A stretch of DNA of 64,000 nt from Novakomyces olei (Eukaryota), in the NCBI GenBank assembly GCA_016906335.1, contig JADEYG010000009.1, positions 1,054,001-1,118,000 of the forward strand, written 5' to 3'. Positions 1 to 11,994 of the stretch are shown one piece after another (the first letter of the stretch is position 1; each line of letters starts with the position of its first letter). Both the position numbers and the translations under genes were made by a program. The notes under the pieces were generated by a model. The model made no database searches. It was given only the letters and a program-made list of their open reading frames with translations, and had not been told where the DNA came from.

Positions 1-2074
1 TTAAATGACTCTGTAAATCCGCATTTTCACGTCTTACCCGCTCTAAAACTTGTTGCAGCGAAGCTTTTTCAGAGCGAATTGCGTCCAGTGCTTCGACTAG
101 TAGATTACTCTTTTCTTTAACGTCATTAAGCATTTCTCCACGCATTGCGTACATTTCGTTTGTGTGCTTCAATCGCATTTCAAGTAGCTCAATGTGCCCG
201 GATTTTTCTTGCAACAAAATCAAAAGCTCTGATTCCTTTTGTGAAGCTATTGTAGAATCAGTATTGGCACTGTTTAGGGTATTACCATCCTTCCTTGATT
301 GATCAATTTCCTGTGTCTGGCAATGCACTTCGCTTTGCGTTTCCTTTGCACCAGAATCCTGCAAAGGCTTGGCGACATTTTGAGTCTCCAGCTGCTTTAA
401 TAAGAACGCAATTTGACTCTCAAGCGCCTTGTTCCTTTGCTGAGAATCAGAAAGGGCACATTTACACTGGTTCAGCTCGGCATTCACGTCGGAATTTTTC
501 TGTGCCTTTAATTCCAATTCCACTGTTAAATCATTTACGCGCTGAACCGAATCCTCGTACCTTCTGGAAAGCCTTGATTGTTCTTGAGCAACGTCGATAG
601 CGACACGGGACATGTCGGACTCTAAACTGGCAAACCTTCTCGTCAAATCTTGGGCTTCCTTGGCCTTTGTATCCAGCTGCAGAGATAATTGCTCTCTGTC
701 CTGTCGAATTTCGGCCATCTCTTTTTCCCTTGCCGACCTTTCCTGAATCATTCTGTGACAAGAGTCTTTAATATTTCGTAATTCTGCAACTATCCGTGCT
801 TTGCTATTTATCGTGTCTGTTAATTTACTCTGCAGCGCGAGCAAATTGCCCTCCAGAGCTCGAACTCGAGACTTTGCTGCTAAAACTGCCGCAGCAGCTT
901 CGTGTCTCTCTTCGTCGTTCATTGCCGCATCATCACGTTCTCTTTGCAAGCACTTTCTCAAATTTTCGCACTCTGTTCGGGCCAGAGCAAGAGAAAATTT
1001 GAGAGAAGAGCATTCGTGCTCATACTGCTTCCGAGCAGTCGACTCCTGCTCAGAGTCTTTACGCAGTTTTGTTGCTTCTGCTTCTAACCCTGCCACTCGT
1101 GCATTTAATTGCTCTAACTGACCATCGCGGAACTGTGACCTAATTGCTTCTGTTACCGCTTCCCTAATCTCGGGGATTCCTGCCAGCCGAAGAAGCTGAT
1201 GCTGCGAAAGAGCTTCGCTGCCTGTTTGCATTTGGTCGGCAATAATTGCCGTGTCCTGACCGCCTTCGTAACCGGCAACAAACGTCTCATACCCTGCATG
1301 TACATGCGCAGCTGCATCTTCGTATCCCACCGCTTTACTTGCCTCGTAGTCTCCCGCTGACCATACACTGGTGGGATGCTCGTTGATGGAAAAGGGCACA
1401 AATTCTGGAGCGTTAACGTCGAGCGACAGGGATTTTGTGTGGCCTGGCTCGGGTGCTGTCTCACTGTCCGGCGCGAGAGGCAAAACGCCCAATGACGCGA
1501 GCATTTGCTCTCTGAACTGGTGCACGTGCATGTGCCAGCCTGTGCATTAGATTTGTAATTAAAAGGACGCGGCCGTATGGTACTGGCGCTTGTTGCATTC
1601 CAGCATAGACCCGTGCGTCTGTTTGATTGTTTTTTAATTGTTTTTTGTAGTTTTTGAACTGTTTTCAAACTGTTTTCAAATTATTTTTAAATAATTTTTA
1701 AATAAGTTTTAGATTGTTTTCAAATAATTTTTAAATAACTTTTAAATTGTTTTAAATAATTTTTTTCTGCAGCAGCAGTCTGTCAGTGTCATACCTAGCA
1801 AATTGGGCAGATGCACAATAGCCTCTTCCCCTCCCATCACGTGCTCTCGGCCCGGACCGTGCTCCGAGTCGGGGTCCGGTTCTTCAGAGTCCGATGGCTG
1901 CTGTATAGCGTACTCGGGCAAAGCCGTCGTGTTCGCGGCAGTATGGCTGTGCTTTACCCGCTTTGGAAGATGCACAGTGATACTGCGGTCACTGCGCTGA
2001 GCAATCGAGCGGAAAACCGCTTCTTGCTGCTCCAATTGATCACACAATGACTCCGTTTCTGCGTCGTCCGCCAT
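1..2074 (-). CDS. Long coiled-coil protein with PAM2-like motif (3' end runs off window)
   Basis: Exon 1 is 2074-1795. Intron 1794-1540 is GTATGA...TCTAAT-GCACAG. Exon 2 is stop-free from 1539 to base 1 and encodes heptad-like E/K/Q/L-rich sequence. It is missing from the ORF track because it has no stop inside the window. Confidence 0.8.
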
Positions 2075-3098
2075 CTTTGTTTGTGTGTAAACAATGTTGC
2101 TGCCAACGTTGTTATTTTTCAGCTCGGTTTAGCTTCTGCTTATAGTATTGCTTGGGTACTGTTGCTATAGCGCGTATGTGCACTATAGCTTGCTGTACCA
2201 TTGCTTGCTTATATGCCGCTCAGTCTGCCTTGAGTTTACGCTGCAAAGTAATCGGTCTGCCGTTTGAGCGAATCATGTTTCGGGTTTATTATAGTAATAT
2301 TTGCACCAGAGTTAGTTTTTAGCGCGCAGTAAATAATGGCCGTACGCGCTAATTTATTACTATTTTATACAATCACTACACAGATAAACGTCGATCTTTG
2401 TGCTTTTGTGATTTGATTCCTCCACGTCTTTTGTTTTAATGTACAATTAGAATGTACCATTTAAAATGTAACATTTATGTTGTAGCTGAATTCGTTTGGT
2501 TTGGTTGGCTCAAGGCAATGGGAGCTGTCGTACATTGCACTATAGAGTATAGTGTGTGTGTATTACATATTTAACCATTCAAGAGCGTGTACCGCTTCGA
2601 GCAATGAGTACATTTTACATTTTACGATACATCCTCCGTGTTGGAAGGCGGATACGATTATCCAAATCTTCCAGTCTGCCTGTTTGGCACAATTGTTTAT
2701 GGATTTGGTTTGACAAAACAAACTGCCTTCTTGATTAGTACTCAACAGCTTGCTTGTAGCAACACACCGCCAGCCAAATCAACAATTCTTTAAACAGCAA
2801 TTCTCAAACCAATCTCTACCATGCTTGCACAGAATTCCCGTCTATTTTCCTTGTATTACACCGTTGTAAACTAGCATCATACTCTAGTCGATCGTAGGCT
2901 AATTGCAAATACTTTGCTATATTAATTAAACCTAAATTTTGCAAAATATGGAACGAACATTCCGAGACATCAAGCCGTACGACTGCTGAGGCCAATACCC
3001 AAAGTGAGAGCTTAGTCTAATAGTCTCGAGGAGATCCATTTGGCATAAAACTATTATCAAAAAGACGTTGAAATAGAGGAAATCTATCACGCAGTGAA

Positions 3099-3100
<2 letters not shown>

Positions 3101-3176
<76 letters not shown>
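3101..3176. repeat. (AAT)n microsatellite
   Basis: Perfect trinucleotide run just upstream of the ATG at 3247. Confidence 0.97.
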
Positions 3177-3246
3177 GTAGGGTTATGGTTTATTTTCGAA
3201 ACCAGTCGCTAAACTGCCGGCGACGAGTACGCTCAGCATCAATGGA

Positions 3247-4512
3247 ATGAACGATACGCGAGCGCTCTCTCAGGCTGTGTCGGCAGCTTGCCGAGCGGAC
3301 AAGCACTGTGCAGTTCCCGGTCTGCGGCAGCTTGAGCGGTTAATTTGCAAAGAATATTCTGTGCAAAAGAGAGTAATTCTATCTATATCCTTTATGACGG
3401 TAATTGAACTGTGTTAGCAACAGGAGCACGATGAGCCCTTTTCCTCAAACACTCCCTTTCTCAGCGGGATCTGGCGCAGTGCCGTTTGCTGCGACAGATT
3501 GTATGCTCTTCTCGTGAAGGCGCAAGGAACAAGGATAGACGTGGTCGCTGTACAGAATGACGGGCGGCCTTTATGGATCAGAGTAGCTGCTTTACCGCGG
3601 CACAGGCTCCATCACGAACTGGCAGCGGCAGCAGAAGCTGCTTCAATAGACAGGGATATTCCTGCAGACCTTTTCCTGCTATTATCCTTAGAGAACTGCT
3701 CAATCTACCGCTCAGTAAAAGCACTGACAGAGCTGGCACGGCTCAAGGAGTCTCGGCCGAGTGTTGCGCTGTTCCTGACACAGATCAAACGTGACCAAGA
3801 TGTGTATATTCAGGCACTGAGGCAGTTGCTGGAGCGCGACGGTGTACGCGTCCAGTTTAGCCATGAAAACGTTGTGACGCCAGATGTATACACTAGATTC
3901 TTAGAGGCAGTAGGGGACAGCAGTCTGCCCATGTATGACTTGAATCTCGACGTGACTGTCCTGTTTGCCCTCGTGAGCGATGTCTGTAATGACACGGAGG
4001 GTATTGATAAATTTCCTACTGCTTCAAGGCACGAAGCAGTAAGGCAACAGGCGGCTGCTGAAAAGCAGGAGCCTGTTTTGCACTATTTGCTCCCGCTTTT
4101 AGCAGGCAGAAATACGAGTATTGTACGCGAGGCTTTTGATGTTTTCGCTCGCATACTGGAATCAATGGGCTCTGCTCGTGAAAGGGAACGTGCACGCGCA
4201 CTGTTTGCCGGCGAAGGGTTAACCCTATCTTCCCACACAGACTCGGCAAGCGGTGGTGAAATGGCTCTGCTGCCTATACGCGTAGTTGATTTCGAAATGG
4301 GACGGGTACCCGTGTCTTTTACACTGTCAGCAAGGCCAGAGCATAGTGTCAGGGTTTTCGCACGCGGATGGCAACTTGGAATTCCTACCGTCAGTGCAAA
4401 CAAACATTTTTACACACTAATGAATCGCGCAGCTGAGGAGTATGGATACGTGGACGGGAGAAGACGGGTTTTACTGCACGCGGCCAGAAGCCTTGGGGGT
4501 AGGGAAAGGTGA
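3247..4512 (+). CDS. DUF1308 / C7orf25 (UPF0415)-like protein
   Basis: ATG at 3247; intron 3373-3417 (GTAATT...TTAG) joins to the 3499 ORF. Motifs SSNTPFLSGIW, IDVVAV..G..WIRV, LNLDVTVLFALVSDV, TVSAN and HAARSL are typical of DUF1308. Confidence 0.8.
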
Positions 4513-4604
4513 TTGCCAGGCTGTTTGAAGACCTGGTATGAAAAATATGTCGAAAGCTGGAAGGACGGGAATTATTGACATGCAGTTCCGGCTCGACAGA
4601 GCAT

Positions 4605-4798
4605 AATATAAATGAAAATCTATTTAAATAAATATCTATTTTAAAAATATCTATTTAAATGAAAATCTATTTAAAAATATCTATTTAAAAATATCTATTA
4701 AAATAATATCTATTAAAATAATATCTATTAAAATAGATAATATCTATTAAAATAATATCTATTAAAATAATATATTTAAATAATATCTATTTAAAAAT
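4605..4798. repeat. Degenerate AT-rich minisatellite (AAAATAATATCTATT-type unit)
   Basis: Repeated ATATCTATT(T)AAA units between two convergent genes. Confidence 0.85.
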
Positions 4799-4890
4799 AC
4801 TCATCAAATCATCCATCTATTTACATGTTCACCTATTTACGTGTATTTTCACATTAAAAATTTCTTTATTATTAAAATCCTGCTTATGCT

Positions 4891-7095
4891 CTACTTGGAC
4901 GGCTGATTTTCGCCCTTGTCAGACTCTTCGTCGTCGGTTTCGTCGTCGGTTTCGTCGTCGACAGCGAAAAGCTCTTCGCGACTCCCTGTACGTGTCAGGT
5001 TTCGGGGTTTGCCAGGCTTGTCACTTGTCCCCGGCTTGCTGCTCCCTGTTGAGCCCGCGTCTGTAGCCGGCTGGTAGGCAGGCGGCTCACCAGCGGGCTG
5101 CGATTCATCACTCTCAGGCCGAGGGCTGATAGGACGCGCCTTTGATGCATTGTTGTGATCGTCTTCATCATCGGAAAGTGTATCGATATTCGCATCATCA
5201 AACTCAAACTCGTCACTCTGAGCAACTTGGTCCGACATTGCGAATCGCCGATTATCCGCAGACGGTCGCCAAATGAAAAGGATGGTAGATACCATTATGA
5301 GGTAAATAAGGTTCAGGTAACCGTCCATGAGGAACCATTTCCACTGCCAGGGGACACCGAGCTCAACGGGTGAGTAAACCAGAGAATTAATAACCGCAAA
5401 TCCGATAATTAAAAGTAAAGAGACAATCATTAATCGCTGCAGTCGCTTGTACATGAGCGCCTTGACAGTCTGTTGCCGCTTTACGAGTTCGCGGATAGTC
5501 CCCGTTAAACTGGTGAGTGTCCACGAGTAAAAAATGCTAAATGTTATGCTCAGAGGTATAATGACCAGCAGAGCAAACAGGGGAGCATCATTCGGGTTTA
5601 AGAGCATTAGGCCTATAGCGTACAAGCAGCCAAACACAAAATGGACAAGGGTCAAGGCTTTGCACTTGCCCAAAGCCGGGCCGAGTGAAGGTTTAACGAC
5701 AGAGAAGCCCATGCAAACGATCAACAGCAGGAACAAAGACAGCGAGTTTCGGGCGGCAGATAAGGCTGAGGAAACAACCATGAGCACCCGTGACCCGGGA
5801 CTAGCACCCTGCTGGTTGACAATATCAAGAGAGGCCCACTGAACAATATTCTCAAAACTGAGAAAGGGAAGAATAATAGTTAAATACCGCTGAACAGTCA
5901 GCACATCGCTCCGGTAGCGCCACAGCCAAAACATCCAAAAGGAGGCAATCACAGCGTAAACGATGGCTAGTCCAGCGTAGAAGGCAAGTTTGGGATAGTC
6001 AGCTGCTGGAAGGTAACCAAAGGCATTTTGAAAGGTTACATGCCCATCGAAATTTGTTAATGATGAGTCGATTCCCAACATCTCAACGCAATAGAATCCC
6101 GTCCGAGTAACGGGTATTTTTATGGCCGGTGACTCGTCCAATGTATAAATATCGTTATACAAAAGGGTATAATTCAGTAAGGGATCAAACAGGAATTTGT
6201 TGTGGTCAATAGCGTCACACATGCCCATGTCAATTTCGACATTTTGGCATAGAACATGAAGCTGCTCTGTATCAGAAGACGTCAGGGAAAACACAATTTT
6301 TGGAAATAGAGTATAATAATGATAAAGTATACAAAAATAAATAAAATAAAAAGTAAAGATTGGAAAAAAAGTAAAGACGGAAAAAAAAGTATGAAAAAAC
6401 CAATATAAAGTAGAATAGCAAACTGCCAGTCCGTACCGTTCCGTCGTCCCCGTAAATGCCTAGAGGAAAACTACGAGATGACTCGTGTATGGCCACCGCT
6501 ACTTGAGAAGATCCCTCGACAGTATGGCCTCTTAGTTCGACTTTATATTAGCAAGCTGTGTCAAAGGAACGCCTTATTTCCGCTTGTTTGCTGAAACTCA
6601 CTCTCAATAAAAGGATCAATCTTTCCTCCACTCTGCTTGCGTGAATACATCCCCGCGCATTTTGAGAGATCGTACCGCTGCCGCTGGTAATGTCAGTATA
6701 TAAAAGCAACGCGTCAATAGTCCCAAACAAAAAAACGTCTAAATCCAAGATTCCAAATATTTAAACGCCGTATGAACGCCGGCAAGGCATCTTGGATTTA
6801 GTATAGACGGCGCTCCGCTGCTCAGATAGATAACGCAGTGTGTAGTGTATCTCTTCAGTCTCGCACAAAGCTGTTCAGAAGTATCTGATCTGTAATATTG
6901 ATCATCACAGCAGCGGAGGACTATCAAAAGGGGATGAGAGTAAGATCGGTCCCGACAGACAAAAAATAAAATATAATTAAAATTAAAAAATCGGGGTCTC
7001 CAACCTACCAGAGAATAACTTTCCGCTCGAGCGCACAGGGCAAAAAGCGCTGCCGCTAGCACAGTCGCTAGCAGCCGAGCGCGAACGATTAGCAT
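4891..7095 (-). CDS. PTM1: PTM1 / GOST (lung seven-transmembrane receptor family) membrane protein
   Basis: Signal-peptide exon 7095-7009, then intron 7008-6684, an exon encoding CAGMYSRKQSGGKIDPFI, two more introns, and a 7-TM region with TGFYCV, FQNAFGYLPA, GFSVVKPSLG and WRPSADNRRFAMS, ending in an acidic tail. Confidence 0.9.
6813..6918 (-). ncRNA. Intronic box C/D snoRNA, snR68-like (predicted 25S Am2640-equivalent guide)
   Basis: Box C GTGATGA (6908-6902), D' CTGA (6878-6875), C' TGAAGA (6857-6852), D CTGA (6825-6822). Terminal stem is CTCCGCTGC/GCAGCGGAG. D guide CTGCGTTATC is complementary to the conserved LSU sequence GAUAACGCAG. Confidence 0.88.
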
Positions 7096-7645
7096 CGTAG
7101 CCGATTTATTCTTGGCAGTGTCGGCTCATGTGAGAGCACACGTATTGGCTGGTTGTATGTGGACGATATGGATGATTTAATATTATTTTATATAGTCGTG
7201 TACAAGTTACACTATGATTTAATTGAGTCTGAATTTATTTACCGTTTCGCTTGCTCTGAATATACCGTGATTTTGACTACTCTAGCCTCTATTATGTTTT
7301 ATATATTTTTAATTTTGTGTATATATATTATATTTTGTATTATATATTATTCACGAGGCCAATTAGATAATGTATTGGGAATATGCCCATTCACTCACTC
7401 GTCGCGTTTCGCTGAAAAGCAGAGCGTCCGCTAAAAGGCAAACTTATAGCTAAAAATTACAAGTTTTATAAAAAACCAGCTGGGAATTGTGTCAAAAACC
7501 TCACATCTTACGCCTATCAAAAGAGCAACGATCGAATTGAGTTTGCGCAAAAGTTGGACGACAAGCAAACGATACCCTCCTTGCCGGATATTTAAATGGC
7601 CGAGATGAGCATTGCCCCGATTTTCTCATAATCTGGTGTAGCGCA

Positions 7646-10552
7646 ATGAGCGCAATTGCGCAACCTAAAGTACGGTGTTATTGCTTTATTCATTTATTTA
7701 CTTTTTAAATCAGTATTTACTCAGTATTCATTCTGTACTTGTTCAGTATTATTCTGTTTTAAATCTGATCGGCTCTTTTAATATCAAGGCGATTATCACT
7801 TTACAATTGATTTGGCATGCCTATACTTTGACATGCATGTACATCATCGGTTTCCAAAAATATCTTGGTAAGAAAGCGTTGTTTTCGAGGATCAATCGAT
7901 TAACATCAAGACACACTTGCACTTTGCCTCGTGGGATTTGTAGCAAACTGCGTTTTCACTGCCCCATCGTATAAACGCAGTCTTTCCACAAGAAAATGCT
8001 TTCTACCCACGGACGCAATTTTGTCTGGGTTTTTAGTATTTCAAACGGGATTGTTATTTGCTCGGCCGCCCGTTGATTTTAGCAGCTACTTGATCCTGCA
8101 CGCGCTACTGCCGACGGCACTAGCAATCGCTCTGCGCTCTACGGAGACCCGCAGTAATGCATTATTAATGCGACAATTGCTATTGATGGCCGGCCCCGTT
8201 TATTCCTTTTGCGTTGCCCGCGCAGAACCTTGGGCTCTGGCAAATGTCACCTCCGATTTCTCTTTAACTTTGTGGTTAATAGCCCTAACCCTAACCCTAT
8301 TTTTTTGTCTTGACAAGACGGCCGAGGGGGAAGCGGACGGCGTCGAGACTCGAATGCTGATGAGCGGACTTGGCGGGGCTGCAGTGTTTTTCATGATGCT
8401 AGTGCCTTGCTTGCTTGCACAAGGCTGGCCCTCACTGCGAGACACGGTGGCATATTGCCTTTGTGGAGTGGTTATCGGCATTGATTTGCGAATCATTGTC
8501 CGGTCCCTGTTTACTTACGGAGCCAATTCTACTCTGACGGTTTTGAATGGGGCAGGAGCTGTGTTTGATCTTGTAGTCAATAGTATTGTATCGCGTCTTA
8601 CGGTCGTCCAATGCTTACAAGAAATGGGCTTCGTTTCTTTTACCCTTGCCTTTAGCACTTTTGCCATAAAAGCGAGCAAACGATACACTACTGACCGAAG
8701 CTTTAACATGCTGCGAACATGTTTACTCATAGCTTACCTGCTTTTTGCAATTTACAGTGGTGTGGGACCTTTATTCAGTGCTCATCCAATTGCCCAAAAG
8801 ATCCAAGAGGCAGCTGCAAGATTTGAACTGTACAAGTCACAGAATATAGCAAATTCTTCACTCGCTGAATGCACAGCTCAGTACAGAGAAAGGTACGGCA
8901 GATCTCCTCCACCCAAATTTGACGAATGGCACAGCTTTGCTGCCCGTTATGACAATCGCGTTTGGCACGATTATGATACAATTGCTCGGGACCTCGAGCC
9001 ACTCTGGCAAATTGCACCAGAGCAATTACGCAATTATACTTATACTGCTCTCGCAAATCCTTGGAACGATAATGTTGGCGTTCGTATTCGAGATGGTGTT
9101 GCTTCTACCGTCGGCCACGTACCGGGCACACATCGCTGGATGCTTGATGGTTTTTTCGCCCTGATTGAGCCTTTTTCTGCATATTTGCCAGACTTGGATC
9201 TGGCTTTTAACCTGAATGATGAGCCTAGAGTCGTTGCCGACACTCGAGTTGGCGACAAAATTATTCAAAAGAACAATATTAATAGTGAAAAAGTGTCCAG
9301 GAGAGATGGCAATGTCTCTAAAGGTGATAAATTTGCTACAAATGACGATAATGAAGAGAGTACCGTGTCAGGGCCAAATTCCTCTACAAGCGACTTGAAA
9401 AACTCCTCTACAAGCGACTTGAAAAACGGGTTCAATTTGCACTGGCAAGAAGAGTTTGATGATAAAAGTAAAGAATCAGTGTTTACAGAACTGTCTTTTC
9501 TGCCTTCTTATCCGTTTTTCACGGAATACTGCAGCCAAATAGCCCCGATAAATAGCAAGAGAGGCCTTTTTTTCAATCAGCTACCGCTCTGTGCAAAATG
9601 TACACAATCAGCTGTAGACTCGGCGTCCGGACTCGTTGATAATATAGAGGACCAAACAGATATCTGCGGGCAGCCTGATCTCTCTTGTCTCCAGGGCCTT
9701 TTTATCAGCTCCGCCTCGCTCAAAGGCACACATCTACCTCTCCCTATTTTCAGTCAGTCCAAGATTAGCACCTGCCTGGACCTATGCTACCCCTCACCGT
9801 GGAACGTGCTGGGCAAGGCTGTTTATGACGCAGATCAGGATATTCCCTGGACTGAAAAGCAAAGAACAGTATTTTGGAGGGGGTCAACTACCGAAGGAGT
9901 CTCCCACGATGGCAATTGGCGTGGGATGACAAGACAACGTGTGATTGGCCTATTGACGCGTCACCCTGGAGGCGCGTTTACGCGTTCCTTTGAACGAATT
10001 TACGCGTGGGCGCGATTCATTTCAATGCGTAAAAATGTAGCGGAAATTCTGGAGAGCGTTGATATCGATGTTGGGTTCACGTCTATCGACAGATGCCGAG
10101 GCGGAGACTGTGAGGAGCAAAAGCAGTTTTTCGGATTGAAACCCGCCGAGCCTTTTGCTCATCACTGGCAGCATCGAGTGCTTTTAGATTTAGATGGAGC
10201 AGCCTTTTCTGGTCGCTGGATCGCTTTCCTGCAGAGTAACAGTGTTCCAGTTAAAATTACAATGTACAAAACATGGCAGGATTCTCGTATTCTGCCTTGG
10301 ATCCATTACGTACCAGTGGACCTTCGTCTGCGCGAGCTTCCAGAGGTTTTACGCTTTCTCACTGCGCAAGAGTTTGAGGAATATGCAAAATTAATTGCCG
10401 AAACTGGTGGTCAATGGGCCAGACAGGTTTTACGCATCGAGGACATGCAAATTTATATGTTTCGACTGCTTTTAGAGTACGGCCGTGTAGCAAGTGACGA
10501 TCGCGAAAATATCGGGTTTCAATCGGCGACTGAAGAGACACGGGAAATCTAA
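7646..10552 (+). CDS. Glycosyltransferase family 90 (CAP10-like, beta-1,2-xylosyltransferase-like) membrane protein
   Basis: Motifs YRERYGRSPPPKFDEW, LPDLDLAFNLNDEPRV, WRGSTT, LDLDGAAFSGRW and WIHYVP. The start is tentative: ATG at 7646 with GT-AG introns starting at 7670 and 7868 that lead into the 7931 ORF frame. Confidence 0.88.
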
Positions 10553-11994
10553 TGTTGGAAAATTTGATGTGTGGGCTCTCGTTTGATCAGAATGAAAGCG
10601 TTGCTCGTTTACGCTATTTTATTATTATTTAATTTTGGTAAATTTGGTGGTCATTGGCGAATGAATAGACGCAAAGATTGCACATTGCTTGTCAGCCGTG
10701 CATGCTAAATATAATAATAGAAATATTAATGAACTATTTCTCATTTTAAAGTAATTTACGCGCGCATGCTATTGAAGGGCTTGTTAGGGTTAGCGAGTAA
10801 AATAAAACGTCCTAATATAAATAATAATTGTTTGAAATTAATCGTGAGTAAAACACATGGAGATGCTAGATTTATAAGTAACCCGAATGCAGTAGTAAAA
10901 TCGTCCCCACGTTTACTCTATTATTTGACAGGACAGCAAGTCCATTTAAATATTCTTTGTATTATTTCGTTTGTCATTAACCCACCACCAATTGAGCTAT
11001 GTGATTTTAGTTCGAACATCATAATGCAATTTCTGTTCTGAAATGTTTAAAATATAATAAGACAAGCATGACGTAACTCCGCGAATGTGTTGTCGTAATA
11101 TTTCACGTGGTCGTGTTTTACAAGGACAAAGTAAAACGTGCACGTGTTGCAAAAAAAGGTAGACTATGAATTTGGTCGGCGACAGAGTTTGGACAAATAA
11201 AATCAAGCATACTTCCCGTAATATATAAGCTGTAGGTTCTATATTATTTAAGAGCCATGAACCGTTGGATGCTCTTGAGAACGTTGATCCTATCGGAGCT
11301 ACTTTTATCAGATGCTTGACCGACACTAAACGAAACGTTCTAACCGATCTGCTTAATCGAATCATTATCAGACAAACAAAATGGTAGGGAGCTCCCTGAT
11401 TGCATGATGTGCTACAAAGAGAGCGGACACGAATTGCGGAATCGTCTGTTTTAGAGCAAGGTGCAAGCAAGAAAGATTTATATTCTCATACATGTACGTG
11501 ACAGCCAATGCAATGCAACCCATTTTCTCAGATTGTAGACTATTATGGGTCTATTCCTTATCGAGTCTCGCAATCAGTAGATACTTCTACATTTATGGCC
11601 TAAGTCCGGACCCTGACGTACATTCGTTCCCTATCATTTTTATTTTTTGGTAATGTTGAATTTTCTATCAGTCACACAGAAGCATGGTGAAGTAGTACAT
11701 GTTTTAAATTGCCTTGGCTCTCATCCATCAATGCAATACTCAAGTTTGCAACCAGTTGGGATTGGTGCTCAGACTCGGAAACCAGAAAAGAAGCGTGAGC
11801 ATTGAATGAAACCTCCGTTGAATAATACGGTCTCTGTGTTGTCCTTGAGAGGGTATCTCTCTGTCCATATATATATACCGTTCCTTTGCGCTCACCTTAA
11901 GCCCACAAATATTTTCCATCGTTGCTAGTCTCAATTAAAGGTGGTCGACGGTCAATCTTTTACGAGAATCAAGAAAAGCACTCTCTGAAAAATA

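Noticed and set aside
295..1668. Short ORFs listed over the first gene (and many similar ORFs overlapping other genes)
   Set aside because: They are antisense or alternative-frame shadows of the supported coding exons.
3385..3393. ATATCCTTT, resembling a U12-type AT-AC 5' splice site
   Set aside because: It lies inside a normal GT-AG intron (3373-3417) that restores the frame. I found no in-frame AC acceptor or TCCTTAAC branch site.
8283..8299. (CCCTAA)3-like telomeric run
   Set aside because: It is inside the GT90 CDS and encodes ALTLTL in a TM segment; no sign of a telomere or fusion point.
10766..11470. ORFs of 91 and 157 aa in the long intergenic gap
   Set aside because: No recognisable motifs, no transposase or RT signature, and composition looks noncoding.
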